64,000 nt of DNA, taken from the sequence record SRR20825010_4284; one strand, given 5' to 3'. A program made the position numbers and the translations under genes. Positions within the stretch are counted from its first letter, which is position 1. Every line of letters begins with the position of its first letter. Positions 1 to 10,662 of the stretch are shown in pieces. A model generated the notes under the pieces. It saw only the letters and a program-made list of their open reading frames with translations. It did not search any database and had not been told where the DNA came from.

Positions 1-66
1 TCACTGTCCGGAATTAGTTGACCACTACAACCTACGCGACAAGAGACCTGTTTCAGAGAACGCTAA

Positions 67-1008
67 TCACGGCCAGAAGGCGCGGATACCCGCCACGCCC
101 ACCGCACCGTGATCACGGGCATTAGCCAAATCCTCCGGCGCCACCCCTCCCAGCGCATAACAGGCGAGCGGCGCCCCCTTCATTAGCAACTCCGCTTGCG
201 GCCAACCCAATGCAGGCTTACCCGGATGTGTCGGAGTGGGCAGGACAGGTGAAACCAGCGCCATATCCAGTCCCAGATTGCCTGCCTTATCCCGGGCCAC
301 CTGATCATGCACCGCCGCACTGATGATCCCATCAAATGCGGGACGCTCATCCAGCTGGGCCAGTGTTCTGCCTGAAAAATGCACGGCAAACACACCCAGC
401 GCTTTTGCTGTCGCCACACTCTGCGTGTCCACAGCACGCAACCAGACTCTTACGCCGCGTTGCTCGCATTGCGCCACAACCGCAGCCACCTCGGCATGGT
501 CACTCCACTGCCGCAAATACAGCCCCTGCTGCTGCCCATTCAACCGATCAATCCCGGCCAGCAACTCGTGAAGAGTGATATCTTCCGGTGCGACCACTAA
601 CTGTTCAGGCAGTTGTATGGCATTCACCACCGGCTGATTGGCCGCCGGGAAACGCAGGCCCGCCAACTCATCCGGGAAAAACCACTGCACCCGCTGCCCT
701 TCCCGTCCTTCAGGCTCACCCTGCCAGACGCGAACATCACGAAAATGCAGGGTCACGTGGAGATCATCGTACTGGTGGGCAATCGTCATAAAAGGGGCGG
801 ACTCCGCCCCTGCCATACCAAGCTCTTCTTCCAGCTCGCGAGCCAATGCTGCGCTCAACGCTTCACCCTGCTCCACCTTGCCACCGGGGAATTCCCAGCG
901 CCCACCCTGATGCTTATTGTCGGGGCGCTTGCTAAGACAAATACGGCCATCTTCGCCTCGGATGATGGCGGCGACGACGGTAATGGCGGGGGTTGAGCGT
1001 ATTGGCAT
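67..1008 (-). CDS. mutT: Nudix hydrolase (8-oxo-dGTP diphosphatase MutT) fused to a C-terminal thiamine-phosphate-synthase-like domain
   Basis: Nudix box WEFPGGKVEQGE...ARELEEELG. The C-terminal half has ThiE-like SPVLPTPTHP and YALGG motifs. Usual position downstream of secA-argJ. Confidence 0.88.
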   Translation of the reverse strand: MPIRSTPAITVVAAIIRGEDGRICLSKRPDNKHQGGRWEFPGGKVEQGEALSAALARELEEELGMAGAESAPFMTIAHQYDDLHVTLHFRDVRVWQGEPEGREGQRVQWFFPDELAGLRFPAANQPVVNAIQLPEQLVVAPEDITLHELLAGIDRLNGQQQGLYLRQWSDHAEVAAVVAQCEQRGVRVWLRAVDTQSVATAKALGVFAVHFSGRTLAQLDERPAFDGIISAAVHDQVARDKAGNLGLDMALVSPVLPTPTHPGKPALGWPQAELLMKGAPLACYALGGVAPEDLANARDHGAVGVAGIRAFWP

Positions 1009-1030
1009 GGAACTCTACTTTCCGAGTATC

Positions 1031-1057
1031 TGTGGGGCCTGCTTGCAGGCCCCTACA
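1031..1057. repeat. Short palindrome related to the GTGGG/GTAGG REP family
   Basis: TGTGGGGCCTGCTTGCAGGCCCCTACA; shares GCTTGCAGGC and GTRGG ends with the element at 36962-37022. Confidence 0.5.
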
Positions 1058-1063
1058 ACGGCT

Positions 1064-1145
1064 TGTCGGATTACGCCTTTCGGCTAATTCGACCTACTTA
1101 AAAATCGGTTTTGTAGGTTGAATTAGGCGTAGCCGTAATCCAACA
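1064..1145. repeat. Inverted pair of GTAG-type REP sequences (REPIN-like)
   Basis: Reverse complement of 1064-1097 is GTAGGTCGAATTAGCCGAAAGGCGTAATCCGACA; 1113-1145 is GTAGGTTGAATTAGGCGTAGCCGTAATCCAACA. Same family as 40177-40287. Confidence 0.8.
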
Positions 1146-1177
1146 CAACGCAGGGTCAATACGCAATCTGCGGGCTA

Positions 1178-1204
1178 GCATGGTGCGTGATGCGTGATGC
1201 GTCT
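1178..1204 (-). repeat. NNCACGC heptamer array directly after the argJ stop
   Basis: Minus strand: TAG AGACGC ATCACGC ATCACGC ACCATGC. Confidence 0.7.
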
Positions 1205-2407
1205 CTAGGTCCGATACTCCGCATTGATTTTCACGTAGTCATAGCTGAAATCACAGGTCCATACAGTGCACTGGGCATCCCCGGATGCCAGATCCGCGCG
1301 AATGGTAATTTCCGGTTTTGCCATCAGAGCCGCGCCCTGTGCTTCCTCGTAGCTGTCCGCCACGCCTCCCTGTTCTACCAGCGGCAAATCACCCAGCCAA
1401 ACACTGACTTTGTCCACATCCAGCGCCGCAATCGGCGCCCGGCCAATGGCAGCCAAAATACGGCCCCAATTAGGGTCCGAGGCAAACAGCGCCGTTTTCA
1501 CCAGAGGGGAATGGGCAATGGTTTCCGCCACTACGCGAGCGTCACTCTCGCTAGTAGCGCCAGTCACTGTAATTTCCACAAACTTGGTGGCCCCTTCACC
1601 GTCACGCACCAGTGCCTGGGCCAGTTCAGTGAAGACTTCTTCCAGCGCCTGATACAGCAACCGGCTGTGCTCATCCAGCGCGGTAATTTCACCCATTTCG
1701 GCCTGAGCCGTGCTGATCAACATGCAGGCATCATTGGTGGAGGTATCCCCGTCCACCGTCACCCGGTTGAAGGATTTATCCGCCAGGGCTTTCACCCACT
1801 CATCCAGCAGTGACTTGGCAATCGGGGCGTCGGTGGCGATAAAACCAAGCATGGTCGCCATGTTCGGTTTGATCATGCCGGAGCCTTTGGACATCCCTGT
1901 AATCGTCACGGGCACACCATCCATTTCTACCCGCCGACTGGTGAGCTTGGGGTAGGTATCGGTGGTCATGATGCCTTCCGACGCCCTCCCCCAGTGATGG
2001 GTATCCAGTGCATCCAACGCCTTGGGTAAACCGGAGGCAAAGGCATCCAGCGGAAATTGCTCCCCGATAACGCCAGTAGAATACGGCAAGATTTCATCCG
2101 CATCGCAGCCTGCCGCTTTCGCCAGCAACTCACAGCTGGCCAGGCAATTTTCCAGGCCTTTCTTGCCGGTGCCCGCATTCGCGTAGCCGGTATTAATCAT
2201 CAGGTACCGTGGTGTGGTCGCAGCCAAGCGAGCCTTGGCGACCTGTACCGGCGCCGCACAGAAACGGTTGAGCGTGAAGACACCGCTGACACGGCTACCT
2301 GCTGCCAGCTCCAGCACCACCAAATCCTTGCGATTGGCTTTTTTGATACCGGCTTCCACTGCAGCAAGCCGCACGCCGGGGACCGGCAACCACTCAGACT
2401 GTGTCAT
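1205..2407 (-). CDS. argJ: Bifunctional glutamate N-acetyltransferase/ornithine acetyltransferase ArgJ
   Basis: IMTTDT, KGSGMIKPNMATML, DGDTSTND and RDGEGATK motifs. ATG at 2407 has better RBS spacing than GTG at 2410. Confidence 0.96.
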   Translation of the reverse strand: MTQSEWLPVPGVRLAAVEAGIKKANRKDLVVLELAAGSRVSGVFTLNRFCAAPVQVAKARLAATTPRYLMINTGYANAGTGKKGLENCLASCELLAKAAGCDADEILPYSTGVIGEQFPLDAFASGLPKALDALDTHHWGRASEGIMTTDTYPKLTSRRVEMDGVPVTITGMSKGSGMIKPNMATMLGFIATDAPIAKSLLDEWVKALADKSFNRVTVDGDTSTNDACMLISTAQAEMGEITALDEHSRLLYQALEEVFTELAQALVRDGEGATKFVEITVTGATSESDARVVAETIAHSPLVKTALFASDPNWGRILAAIGRAPIAALDVDKVSVWLGDLPLVEQGGVADSYEEAQGAALMAKPEITIRADLASGDAQCTVWTCDFSYDYVKINAEYRT

Positions 2408-2425
2408 CACGCTTTCCTTAACATT

Positions 2426-2533
2426 CAGCGACTAGTTTCTAGCTGCGAGCGACTAGTCATCATAAAGAAAAGCACCGATTTTCACCGGTGCCTTTGTTTT
2501 TCTCGTAGCTGGAAGCTCGTCGCTAGCAGCTGC
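2426..2533. repeat. Inverted pair of NAGCKDC heptamer arrays around a central hairpin (secA-argJ intergenic)
   Basis: Plus arm CAGCGAC TAGTTTC TAGCTGC GAGCGAC TAG; hairpin GCACCG...CGGTGC; minus arm CAGCTGC TAGCGAC GAGCTTC CAGCTAC GAG. Confidence 0.72.
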
Positions 2534-2534
2534 T

Positions 2535-5249
2535 TTATTCAATCTTGCCGTGACACTGCTTGTACTTCTTGCCGGAACCACAAGGGCAAGGCTCATTACG
2601 CCCAACTTTACGGCCATCCCGGACCACCGTCTTGGGCTGCTCGCCCTGCTGACGGGGCTGGGCGTCGCCGTCAGTGCCCGGCTCGGCCACGGCCTGCATC
2701 TTCATTTTTTCCGCCTGCACGCGCGCTTCTTCCTCGCGCTGCTGCTCAAGGCGTTCCACCTCGTCGTCGCGACGCACCTGGAAGCTGTGCAGCACACGAA
2801 TCAGTTCGTGCTGGATCTGGTTAAGCAGGCCCTGGAATAACTCAAACGCTTCTTTCTTGTATTCCTGCTTGGGGTTTTTCTGGGCGTAGCCACGCAGATG
2901 AATACCCTGGCGCAGGTGGTCCATGCTCGCCAAATGTTCTTTCCAGTGGCGGTCCAGAATTTGCAGCATCAGGTGCTTCTCGATCTTGCGCAAATCTTCG
3001 GTGCCGATCTCGCCTTCTTTACGCTGGTAATCTTCGTCCATGCGCTCGACCAGCTTTTCGGTCAGGCCCTCGATGTGCAGCTGATTGTCTTCGTTGAGCC
3101 ACTGGCCAATCGGTGCATGGCACTGGAATTCCGCATCCAGGGTTTTCTCAAGACCCGGGATATCCCACTGATCTTCCACAGAGCCCGGCGCCATATAATC
3201 GTGAACCACTTCTGTCACCACGTCGCGACGAATCCCTTTCACGGAATTCACCAGATCCTCGGCTTCCAGAATCTGGTCACGCTGACCGTAGATGACCTGG
3301 CGTTGGTCGTTGGCCACGTCATCGTATTCCAGCAAGTTCTTGCGGATATCAAAGTTGCGCCCTTCCACCTTGCGCTGGGCATTCTCAATGGCACGGGTTA
3401 CCCAGCGATGCTCGATGGCCTCACCATTTTCCAGGCCCAGAGAGCGCATCAGGTTACGGATCTTGTCTGATGCGAAGATGCGCATCAGATCATCTTCCAT
3501 GGACAGGAAGAAACGGGTGTAACCCGGATCCCCCTGACGACCGGCACGACCGCGCAGCTGATTATCGATACGGCGGGACTCATGGCGCTCGGTACCGATA
3601 ATGTGCAAACCGCCGGCTTCCATGACGGTATCGTGGTTCGCCTGCCACTCGGCACGGATTTTCTCCGCTTCTGCCTCGGACGGGGTGTCCATGTGCTTGA
3701 TCTGCTCTTCGGGATTACCGCCGAGCACGATATCTGTCCCCCGACCCGCCATGTTGGTGGCAATGGTAACCGCTCTCGGCCGCCCGGCCTGGGCAATAAT
3801 CTGGGCTTCGCGCTGGTGGAACTTGGCGTTCAGTACCTCGTGAGCGATCTTGTCCTGCTTTAAACGCTTGGACAGATACTCGGATGCTTCAATGGTTGCC
3901 GTACCCACCAGCACCGGCGCGCCCTTGGCCACCGCCTCGGTCACTTCCTTGACGATAGCGTCGAATTTTTCTTGCAGGCTCAGGTACACCAGATCATTGG
4001 CGTCAATCCGCACCATGGGTTTGTTGGTGGGGACCACAACCACATCCATGCCGTAAATCTGGCGGAATTCCAATGCCTCGGTGTCTGCAGTACCGGTCAT
4101 GCCGGACAGCTTGTTATACAGACGGAAATAATTCTGGAAGGTGGTAGAAGCCAGCGTCTGGTTTTCCTGCTGGATATTCAGCCCTTCCTTCGCCTCGATG
4201 GCCTGGTGAATACCTTCGGACCAGCGACGCCCCGGCATGGTACGACCAGTGTGTTCATCTACGATCACAATCTGGTCGTTCTGTACGATGTAGTCCCGGT
4301 CGATATGGAACAGGGCATGGGCTTTCAGCGCCGCATGCACATGGTGGAGCAGCGCCAGATTATGGGCTGCGTACAGGCTTTCACCCTGCTCCAGCAACTG
4401 GTTGCTGACCAGTAGCGCTTCAATCTTCTGATGACCCGCCTCGGTCAGTTCAACCTGGCGCTGCTTTTCGTCAACAAAATAATCACCCTCACTCTCTTCC
4501 GTCTCTTTTTCCAGCTGCGGCATCAACTGGTTCACCGCCTGGTACAGCTCGGAAGAGTCCGCCGCCGGGCCGGAAATAATCAGTGGCGTTCTCGCTTCAT
4601 CGATAAGGATGGAATCCACCTCATCGACGATGGCGTAGTTCAATCCGCGCTGAACCCGGTCTTCCAGGCGGAACGCCATGTTGTCACGCAGATAATCGAA
4701 ACCGTATTCGTTGTTGGTTCCGTAGGTAATATCCGAGGCATACGCGGCACGTTTCTGCTCGGTGGGCTGTTGAGACAGAATAATGCCCACAGACAAGCCC
4801 AGGAATTCATACAGCGGGCGCATCCAGTTGGCATCACGCTCAGCAAGGTAGTCATTCACGGTGACCACATGCACGCCTTCACCGGAAAGCGCATTGAGAT
4901 ACGCCGGCAGCGTTGCCGTCAGTGTTTTACCTTCACCGGTACGCATCTCGGAGATGCGACCTTCATGCAGGGAGATCCCACCCATCATCTGCACGTCGAA
5001 ATGGCGCATCCCCATCACCCGGGTAGAGGCTTCGCGGACTACCGCAAAGGCTTCGGGCAACAATTCATCCAGGGTTTTGCCATCTTTAAAGGCCTGCCGG
5101 AAAGCGATCGTCTTGTGCTGCAGGTCGCCATCGGTAAGCTGCCCCATCGCTTCTGCGTGGCTATTAATGGCGTCGACCAGCTTTGCCATTCGCTTGATTT
5201 CACGATCATTCTTGGTGCCGATGATTTTTTTTACGATGGTACCCAGCAT
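2535..5249 (-). CDS. secA: Preprotein translocase ATPase SecA
   Basis: [27 protein letters not shown] and a C-terminal [19 protein letters not shown] zinc-binding motif. Confidence 0.99.
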   Translation of the reverse strand: MLGTIVKKIIGTKNDREIKRMAKLVDAINSHAEAMGQLTDGDLQHKTIAFRQAFKDGKTLDELLPEAFAVVREASTRVMGMRHFDVQMMGGISLHEGRISEMRTGEGKTLTATLPAYLNALSGEGVHVVTVNDYLAERDANWMRPLYEFLGLSVGIILSQQPTEQKRAAYASDITYGTNNEYGFDYLRDNMAFRLEDRVQRGLNYAIVDEVDSILIDEARTPLIISGPAADSSELYQAVNQLMPQLEKETEESEGDYFVDEKQRQVELTEAGHQKIEALLVSNQLLEQGESLYAAHNLALLHHVHAALKAHALFHIDRDYIVQNDQIVIVDEHTGRTMPGRRWSEGIHQAIEAKEGLNIQQENQTLASTTFQNYFRLYNKLSGMTGTADTEALEFRQIYGMDVVVVPTNKPMVRIDANDLVYLSLQEKFDAIVKEVTEAVAKGAPVLVGTATIEASEYLSKRLKQDKIAHEVLNAKFHQREAQIIAQAGRPRAVTIATNMAGRGTDIVLGGNPEEQIKHMDTPSEAEAEKIRAEWQANHDTVMEAGGLHIIGTERHESRRIDNQLRGRAGRQGDPGYTRFFLSMEDDLMRIFASDKIRNLMRSLGLENGEAIEHRWVTRAIENAQRKVEGRNFDIRKNLLEYDDVANDQRQVIYGQRDQILEAEDLVNSVKGIRRDVVTEVVHDYMAPGSVEDQWDIPGLEKTLDAEFQCHAPIGQWLNEDNQLHIEGLTEKLVERMDEDYQRKEGEIGTEDLRKIEKHLMLQILDRHWKEHLASMDHLRQGIHLRGYAQKNPKQEYKKEAFELFQGLLNQIQHELIRVLHSFQVRRDDEVERLEQQREEEARVQAEKMKMQAVAEPGTDGDAQPRQQGEQPKTVVRDGRKVGRNEPCPCGSGKKYKQCHGKIE

Positions 5250-5384
5250 AAAACTTCCGGTTCAGTAAAAGTCAGGACAAACAGCCCGATGGCGGCAAGG
5301 TTATTCCCCGCAAGGTGAGCCATTCTAAACACAATAGGATTGAGAGATAAGGTGGTATTCGCCGTAATCAAGGCCCGACAACGA

Positions 5385-5408
5385 AAAACGGCCCCATCGG
5401 GCCGTTTT
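5385..5408 (-). terminator. Rho-independent terminator after the M23 peptidase gene
   Basis: AAAACGGCCC-CATC-GGGCCGTTTT stem with flanking A/T runs. Confidence 0.7.
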
Positions 5409-5420
5409 GCATTTTCAGTT

Positions 5421-6353
5421 TTAGCGACGGGCGCGGTAAATATAAGGCTGCGGGTTCACTTGAGCGCCGCTCTTGAGCACTTCGTAGTGCACATGCGGGC
5501 CCGTGGAGCGGCCGGAGCTCCCCACCTTGCCCACGACATCACCGGTTCGAACAATTTCACCCGGCTCAACCAGCAACTCCTTGGCGTGCCCGTAGCGGGT
5601 GGACAAACCGTTACCGTGGTTGATCTCAACCATTTTGCCGTAGCCGGAACGCTCACCGGAATAAGTCACGACGCCGGCACCAGTGGCCACGATAGGCGTG
5701 CCTTCCTTGCCCGCGAAATCCACCCCTTTATGCCAGGCCACCCGGCCGGAAAAGGGATCAGAACGACGGCCAAAACGGCTGGACATCCAGCCCTTGGTCA
5801 GAGGGCGGCCAGACAGGTAGGTCTGATCTTCCAATTGTTTATCAGCCAGCAGATCTTCCAAGATATCCAGCTGCCGCTCACGGCGCTCCAGTGTGGCCGT
5901 CATTTGATCCAGCGCGCCCATAAAGGAAGGCAGCTCATAGCTGGCCCCCTCTTCCGGCGATTCCGGGCCACCGACACCCGGCACACTGCTGAAATCGAAT
6001 TCGTCACCGCCGATATCGGCCACTTCCACCAGCCGCTCACCCAGTGCATCCAGACGAACCAGCCGGGCCTGGGCCTGGGCCAGCTTGAGCGTCAAAGCCC
6101 GAAACTGCTCTTGGCTCTGCTGATCCAGCTGGGAAAGGACCTGCTGCTGCTGTTCCAACTGACCTGCGAAACGCTCCGTCATCACCGGAGTAAATTCAGG
6201 CTGACCGCCCACTCGATAGGCCAGAAGATAGGCGCTAACGCCAATAATCGCGGGAAACACCACCAACGCCGCAGCCAATAACCAGGGCCAATGGCGAGGA
6301 ACGGGCAGTGTGCGCGAATGGCCGCGCTTGCTGTTAAGGACTATGATGTTCAT
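5421..6353 (-). CDS. M23 family metallopeptidase (N-terminal membrane anchor, coiled coil)
   Basis: HKGVDF, YGH and GRSTGPHVHYEV M23 motifs; common between lpxC and secA. Confidence 0.93.
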   Translation of the reverse strand: MNIIVLNSKRGHSRTLPVPRHWPWLLAAALVVFPAIIGVSAYLLAYRVGGQPEFTPVMTERFAGQLEQQQQVLSQLDQQSQEQFRALTLKLAQAQARLVRLDALGERLVEVADIGGDEFDFSSVPGVGGPESPEEGASYELPSFMGALDQMTATLERRERQLDILEDLLADKQLEDQTYLSGRPLTKGWMSSRFGRRSDPFSGRVAWHKGVDFAGKEGTPIVATGAGVVTYSGERSGYGKMVEINHGNGLSTRYGHAKELLVEPGEIVRTGDVVGKVGSSGRSTGPHVHYEVLKSGAQVNPQPYIYRARR

Positions 6354-6453
6354 AAGATTTCGTAACGCACCGGCTAAAAGTCAGTCAATTCAAAATGTTA
6401 CGCAATTTTTTATAAATTTTTTTACAATCTGCAGGCTAGTCTAAGTAAAACTC

Positions 6454-6897
6454 ATGAGCAAGACAACGTCGCCCAAAGCCCTTCTCGCCCTGCTAAGCGG
6501 TCACCCCGCTTTGTCAGCCCTGGCGAAAGAAGCCCGGAAGACCCCTACCCAGGAGCAAAATGATCCTTTGCATTGCCTGCCTCCAGCCCTGCGTGAGCGC
6601 GTCACTCTGGTAGAAGACCAGCATCGCTGGCTGGCCATCGCGGAAACCAGTGCTACCGCGCAACTGCTACGCTTCCATCTCCCGAAACTGCAGCAGGCCA
6701 TGCCTGGGCAACAAATCAAGATCGTGGTGGGCGGCAAGCGCCAACCCATGTCGAGCAATAACCATGCCAGTAAGCCGGCGGGGCCGCATTTGGCCCAAGA
6801 AAGCGCTCGACACATCGAAGCTGTGGCCGAAGCCATTGAGGATGACGCGCTAAAAGCGTCATTGCAGCGGCTCGCAAGCCGCGGTGAACCCGATTGA
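6454..6897 (+). CDS. DUF721/DciA-like protein
   Basis: Position next to lpxC; ATAQLLRF...P.L motif and C-terminal 'LKASLQRLA' are typical of DUF721. Confidence 0.65.
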   Translation: MSKTTSPKALLALLSGHPALSALAKEARKTPTQEQNDPLHCLPPALRERVTLVEDQHRWLAIAETSATAQLLRFHLPKLQQAMPGQQIKIVVGGKRQPMSSNNHASKPAGPHLAQESARHIEAVAEAIEDDALKASLQRLASRGEPD

Positions 6898-6931
6898 GGA
6901 ACGCTAACCGTTCTATCTCCACCCTTGAAAC

Positions 6932-6967
6932 GAAAAGCCACCTGACTGCGGGAGACAGCCAGGTGGC
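6932..6967 (-). terminator. Rho-independent terminator for lpxC
   Basis: Minus strand GCCACCTGGCTG-TCTCCCG-CAGTCAGGTGGC-TTTTCG. Confidence 0.65.
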
Positions 6968-7075
6968 CAACAGGGCTTCGACGTACAGCCGAATCGCTTC
7001 GGCCAGAGTCAGCCATCCTTCCGGGTCATCCTGACCCGAAGCGGCCAACCACTATCTTTACGACTTTGCCGCCAC

Positions 7076-7990
7076 TTATTCTGCTGCCAGAACAGGGCGC
7101 ATATAGGACACAGGCGCATCGGTGGCATCTTCAAATGTCACCACCTCGTAGGAATCCTCCTGACGGAGAATTTCCCGCAACAGCGCATTGTTGAGTGCAT
7201 GGCCGGATTTGTGGCCGATGAACTCGCCAATCAGGCTGTGACCCAGCAGATACAGGTCGCCAATGGCATCCAGCATCTTGTGTTTGACGAACTCGTCGTC
7301 ATAACGCAGGCCGTCTTCGTTGAGGATACGATACTCGTCCACCACGATGGCGTTATCCACGCTGCCACCCAGGGCCAGGTTCTGGCTGCGCAGAAACTCA
7401 ATATCGCGCATAAAGCCAAAGGTCCGGGCACGGGCCACTTCTTTCACGAACGAGGTCGTGGAGAAGTCGATACTGGCCAGCTGGTTACGATCTTCAAACA
7501 CCGGGTGATCGAACTCGATGGAAAAAGTCACCTTAAAGCCGTCAAAAGGCACGAATGTCGCCGTTTTGTCGCCTTCACGCACCGTCACTTCTTTCTTGAT
7601 GCGGATGAACTTCTTGGCGGCCTCCTGCTCCTTGATACCGGCAGATTGCAACAGGAAGACGAACGGACCGGCACTGCCATCCATGATCGGCATTTCCGGG
7701 GCGGACAACTCCACAAAGGCGTTATCAATCCCCAGGCCCGCCATGGCGGACAGGAAGTGCTCTACCGTACCCACTTTCACGCCATCCTGAACCAGCGTGG
7801 AAGAGAGCGTGGTTTCGCCTACCGCGTCCGCGGCAGCCTTGATCTCCACCACCGGGTCCAGGTCCACACGCCGGAACACGATACCGGTATTCACCGGTGC
7901 CGGACGCACGGTCATGTAGACCTTTTCGCCGGTGTGAAGCCCTACGCCAGTGGCGCGGATCACGTTTTTTAGCGTTCGTTGTCTGATCAT
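7076..7990 (-). CDS. lpxC: UDP-3-O-acyl-N-acetylglucosamine deacetylase
   Basis: MIRQRTLK start, TVEH and [10 protein letters not shown] zinc motifs. Confidence 0.99.
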   Translation of the reverse strand: MIRQRTLKNVIRATGVGLHTGEKVYMTVRPAPVNTGIVFRRVDLDPVVEIKAAADAVGETTLSSTLVQDGVKVGTVEHFLSAMAGLGIDNAFVELSAPEMPIMDGSAGPFVFLLQSAGIKEQEAAKKFIRIKKEVTVREGDKTATFVPFDGFKVTFSIEFDHPVFEDRNQLASIDFSTTSFVKEVARARTFGFMRDIEFLRSQNLALGGSVDNAIVVDEYRILNEDGLRYDDEFVKHKMLDAIGDLYLLGHSLIGEFIGHKSGHALNNALLREILRQEDSYEVVTFEDATDAPVSYMRPVLAAE

Positions 7991-8100
7991 CAGTCTGTCA
8001 CACAGCTGCGGGTACCCTTGAGGATACCGCTTTCCTCAACACAAAATTAGGGCGCGATTATACTGGAACACCCCGATTTTGCACCAATCTCGCCAGACCG

Positions 8101-9267
8101 TTAGTCGGCCTGGCGGCGCAGGAAGGTCGGAATATCAATGAAATCCAGATCTTCTGCGGTGCTTACTGCCTGCTGGCCACGGCCACCGGCAGCCTGCTGG
8201 GCGGCGCGTTTACGCTCCACAGCCGGGCGATCCAGGTCGCTGTAGTCCACCCGTCCGTCTGCCGCGACAGGGGTCTGACGGCCACGTACCACTTTTAGTT
8301 CCTGTGCCGCCGCGCCCAGGCCAGTGGCTACCACGGTAACACTGATGCTTTCGCCCATATCCGGGTCGATAGCGGTACCGATGATCACGTTGGCATCATC
8401 ACTGGCCAGCTCGCTGACGATATCACCCACTTCAGAGAACTCATCCAGAGCGATGGACTCGTTAGCCGTGATATTGATCAGGATACCCCGCGCGCCGCGC
8501 AGATCCACATCTTCCAGCAGCGGGCTGGAGATAGCCGCCTGGGCCGCTTCTGCCGCCCGGCCTTCGCCGCTGGCAGTACCGGTACCCATCATGGCAGTAC
8601 CCATTTCGCTCATCACGGTGCGCACGTCAGCGAAATCCACGTTGATCATGCCGGGTCGAACGATCAGGTCCGCAATCCCTTTCACCGCGCCCTGCAGCAC
8701 TTCATTGGCCGCCTTGAAGGCGTCCAGCAGGCTGGTGGAGCCACCGAGAACCGCTTGCAGCTTCTCGTTGGGGATGGTGATCAGGGAGTGAACGTGCTCT
8801 TTCAGCTCTTCAATCCCTTGCTGGGCAGAGCGCATGCGCTTTTTGCCTTCGAAGGGGAACGGCTTGGTGACCACGGCCACGGTCAGGATGCCCAGTTCCT
8901 TGGCAATTTCAGCCACAACCGGCGCGGCACCGGTACCCGTGCCACCGCCCATGCCGGCGGTCACGAAGACCATATCTGCACCATCCAGCAGCTCGGCGAT
9001 GCGATCGCGATCTTCCTGAGCGGACTGACGGCCGATTTCCGGGTTTGCGCCGGCACCCAGCCCCTTGGTCACCTGGCTACCCAGCTGAATCACGGTCTTG
9101 GATGAGGCATTACGCAGGGCTTGGGCGTCGGTGTTGGCGCAGATGAAATCCACCCCTTCCACACCGGAACGCACCATGTGATCCACGGCGTTACCGCCGC
9201 CACCACCGACACCTACCACTTTGATTACCGCACCATGCGGTACGCTGTCTTCCAGTTTGAATTGCAT
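8101..9267 (-). CDS. ftsZ: Cell division protein FtsZ
   Basis: GGGTGTG tubulin motif and C-terminal [11 protein letters not shown]. Start chosen at ATG 9267 after the GGGAG RBS. Confidence 0.99.
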   Translation of the reverse strand: MQFKLEDSVPHGAVIKVVGVGGGGGNAVDHMVRSGVEGVDFICANTDAQALRNASSKTVIQLGSQVTKGLGAGANPEIGRQSAQEDRDRIAELLDGADMVFVTAGMGGGTGTGAAPVVAEIAKELGILTVAVVTKPFPFEGKKRMRSAQQGIEELKEHVHSLITIPNEKLQAVLGGSTSLLDAFKAANEVLQGAVKGIADLIVRPGMINVDFADVRTVMSEMGTAMMGTGTASGEGRAAEAAQAAISSPLLEDVDLRGARGILINITANESIALDEFSEVGDIVSELASDDANVIIGTAIDPDMGESISVTVVATGLGAAAQELKVVRGRQTPVAADGRVDYSDLDRPAVERKRAAQQAAGGRGQQAVSTAEDLDFIDIPTFLRRQAD

Positions 9268-9368
9268 GGTTGATCTCCCGTTGTTGCTTCCCTGTTTACT
9301 ACTCATTACGTCGAAGTGTTCCGGTCATCTTGCCGCGGCCCGGAACCACCGCTTGCGCTCAATTTGAC

Positions 9369-9410
9369 GCTTCCCGCGTGTTGCCTGATGCGTGAAGCGC
9401 GCTGCGACTC
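9369..9410 (-). repeat. NNCACGC heptamer array after the ftsA stop
   Basis: Minus strand: TAA CAA GAGTCGC AGCGCGC TTCACGC ATCAGGC AACACGC GGGAAGC. Confidence 0.7.
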
Positions 9411-9413
9411 TTG

Positions 9414-10649
9414 TTAAAAATTGCCTTTGAACCAGCTCTTGATACGCTCTAGCCAGTCCAGCTCACCCCCGCCGGCCTGGGCCTTGGCGCTGGAGCCTTC
9501 CTTCTCCATGCGCTGGCCATACAACAGCAGCCCCACGGAGGTGGAATAAATCGGGTTCTTCACCACGTCGATCAGCCCGGAAATGCCCTGTGGCGCGCCC
9601 AGGCGCACCGGCATATGGAAGATTTCCTCGGCCAGATCCACGGCCCCTTCGATCTTCGAGGAACCACCGGTGAGCACGATGCCACCGGGAATCAGATCCT
9701 CGAAACCAGAGCGGCGAATTTCTGCCTGCACCAGGGTGAACAGCTCGTCGTAACGGGGCTCCACCACCTCCGCCAGGTTCTGGCGGCTGAGGGTGCGCGG
9801 CGGGCGGTCGCCCACGCTGGGCACCTTGATGGTCTCGTCCGCGCCGGCCAGCTGGGTCAGGGCGCAGGCGTACTTGATCTTGATTTCATCCGCATGTTGC
9901 TTGGGCGTGCGCAGAGCCATGGCGATATCGTTGGTCACCTGGTCCCCGGCGATGGGAATGTTGGCCGTGTGACGAATGGCGCCTTCGGTGAAGATGGCGA
10001 TATCCGTGGTACCACCGCCGATATCCACGATGCAGACACCCAGTTCACGCTCGTCTTCAGTAAGCACGGCGTGAGCACTCGCTAACTGCTCAAGGATGAC
10101 GTCATCGACTTCCAGGTTGCAGCGCCGCACGCATTTCTCGATGTTCTGCACCGCATTCACCGCACAGGTCACCAGATGCACCTTGGCTTCCAGGCGCACC
10201 CCGCTCATACCGATGGGCTCGCGCACCCCTTCCTGGTTGTCCACCACGTATTCCTGCGGCAGCACGTGCAGGGTTTTCTGGTCCGCCGGAATGGCCACCG
10301 CCTGGGCCGCGTCGATTACCCGGTCGATATCCGCCTGGGCCACTTCCCGGTCACGAATGGCAACGATGCCGTGGGAGTTGAGGCTGCGCACATGGGAACC
10401 GGCGATACCGGCGTATACCGTGTGAATATGACAACCCGCCATCAGCTCAGCTTCTTCCACGGCGCGCTGAATAGACCGCACAGTGGCCTCGATATCCACG
10501 ACTACGCCCTTTTTCATGCCCCGTGACGGTTGCGAGCCCAGCCCGACGATTTCCAAGGTGCCATCGGCTGCTGTCTGGCCGACGATGGCAACCACCTTGG
10601 AGGTGCCAATATCGAGTCCGACAATCATGTTTTCTGTTGCTGTCGCCAT
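9414..10649 (-). CDS. ftsA: Cell division protein FtsA
   Basis: GLDIGTSKV and DIGGGTTD motifs; C-terminal amphipathic helix. Confidence 0.99.
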   Translation of the reverse strand: MATATENMIVGLDIGTSKVVAIVGQTAADGTLEIVGLGSQPSRGMKKGVVVDIEATVRSIQRAVEEAELMAGCHIHTVYAGIAGSHVRSLNSHGIVAIRDREVAQADIDRVIDAAQAVAIPADQKTLHVLPQEYVVDNQEGVREPIGMSGVRLEAKVHLVTCAVNAVQNIEKCVRRCNLEVDDVILEQLASAHAVLTEDERELGVCIVDIGGGTTDIAIFTEGAIRHTANIPIAGDQVTNDIAMALRTPKQHADEIKIKYACALTQLAGADETIKVPSVGDRPPRTLSRQNLAEVVEPRYDELFTLVQAEIRRSGFEDLIPGGIVLTGGSSKIEGAVDLAEEIFHMPVRLGAPQGISGLIDVVKNPIYSTSVGLLLYGQRMEKEGSSAKAQAGGGELDWLERIKSWFKGNF

Positions 10650-10662
10650 GTCACCTTTTCTC

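Noticed and set aside
1-66. Possible end of a gene entering from the left edge
   Set aside because: Too little sequence to assign a frame or product.
67-1008. MutT-ThiE fusion as a novelty
   Set aside because: This is a known, widespread architecture downstream of secA-argJ in proteobacteria.
1064-1145. Possible CRISPR array from the 33-nt repeats here and at 40177-40287
   Set aside because: The copies are inverted pairs, not direct repeats with unique spacers, and no cas genes are present. They fit REP elements.
6354-6453. CGTAAC/GTTACG inverted hexamers in the AT-rich divergent promoter region
   Set aside because: Too short and too widely spaced to support an operator call.
5250-6897. 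Absence of secM and presence of M23 peptidase/DUF721 upstream of secA
   Set aside because: Common arrangement outside the enterobacteria.
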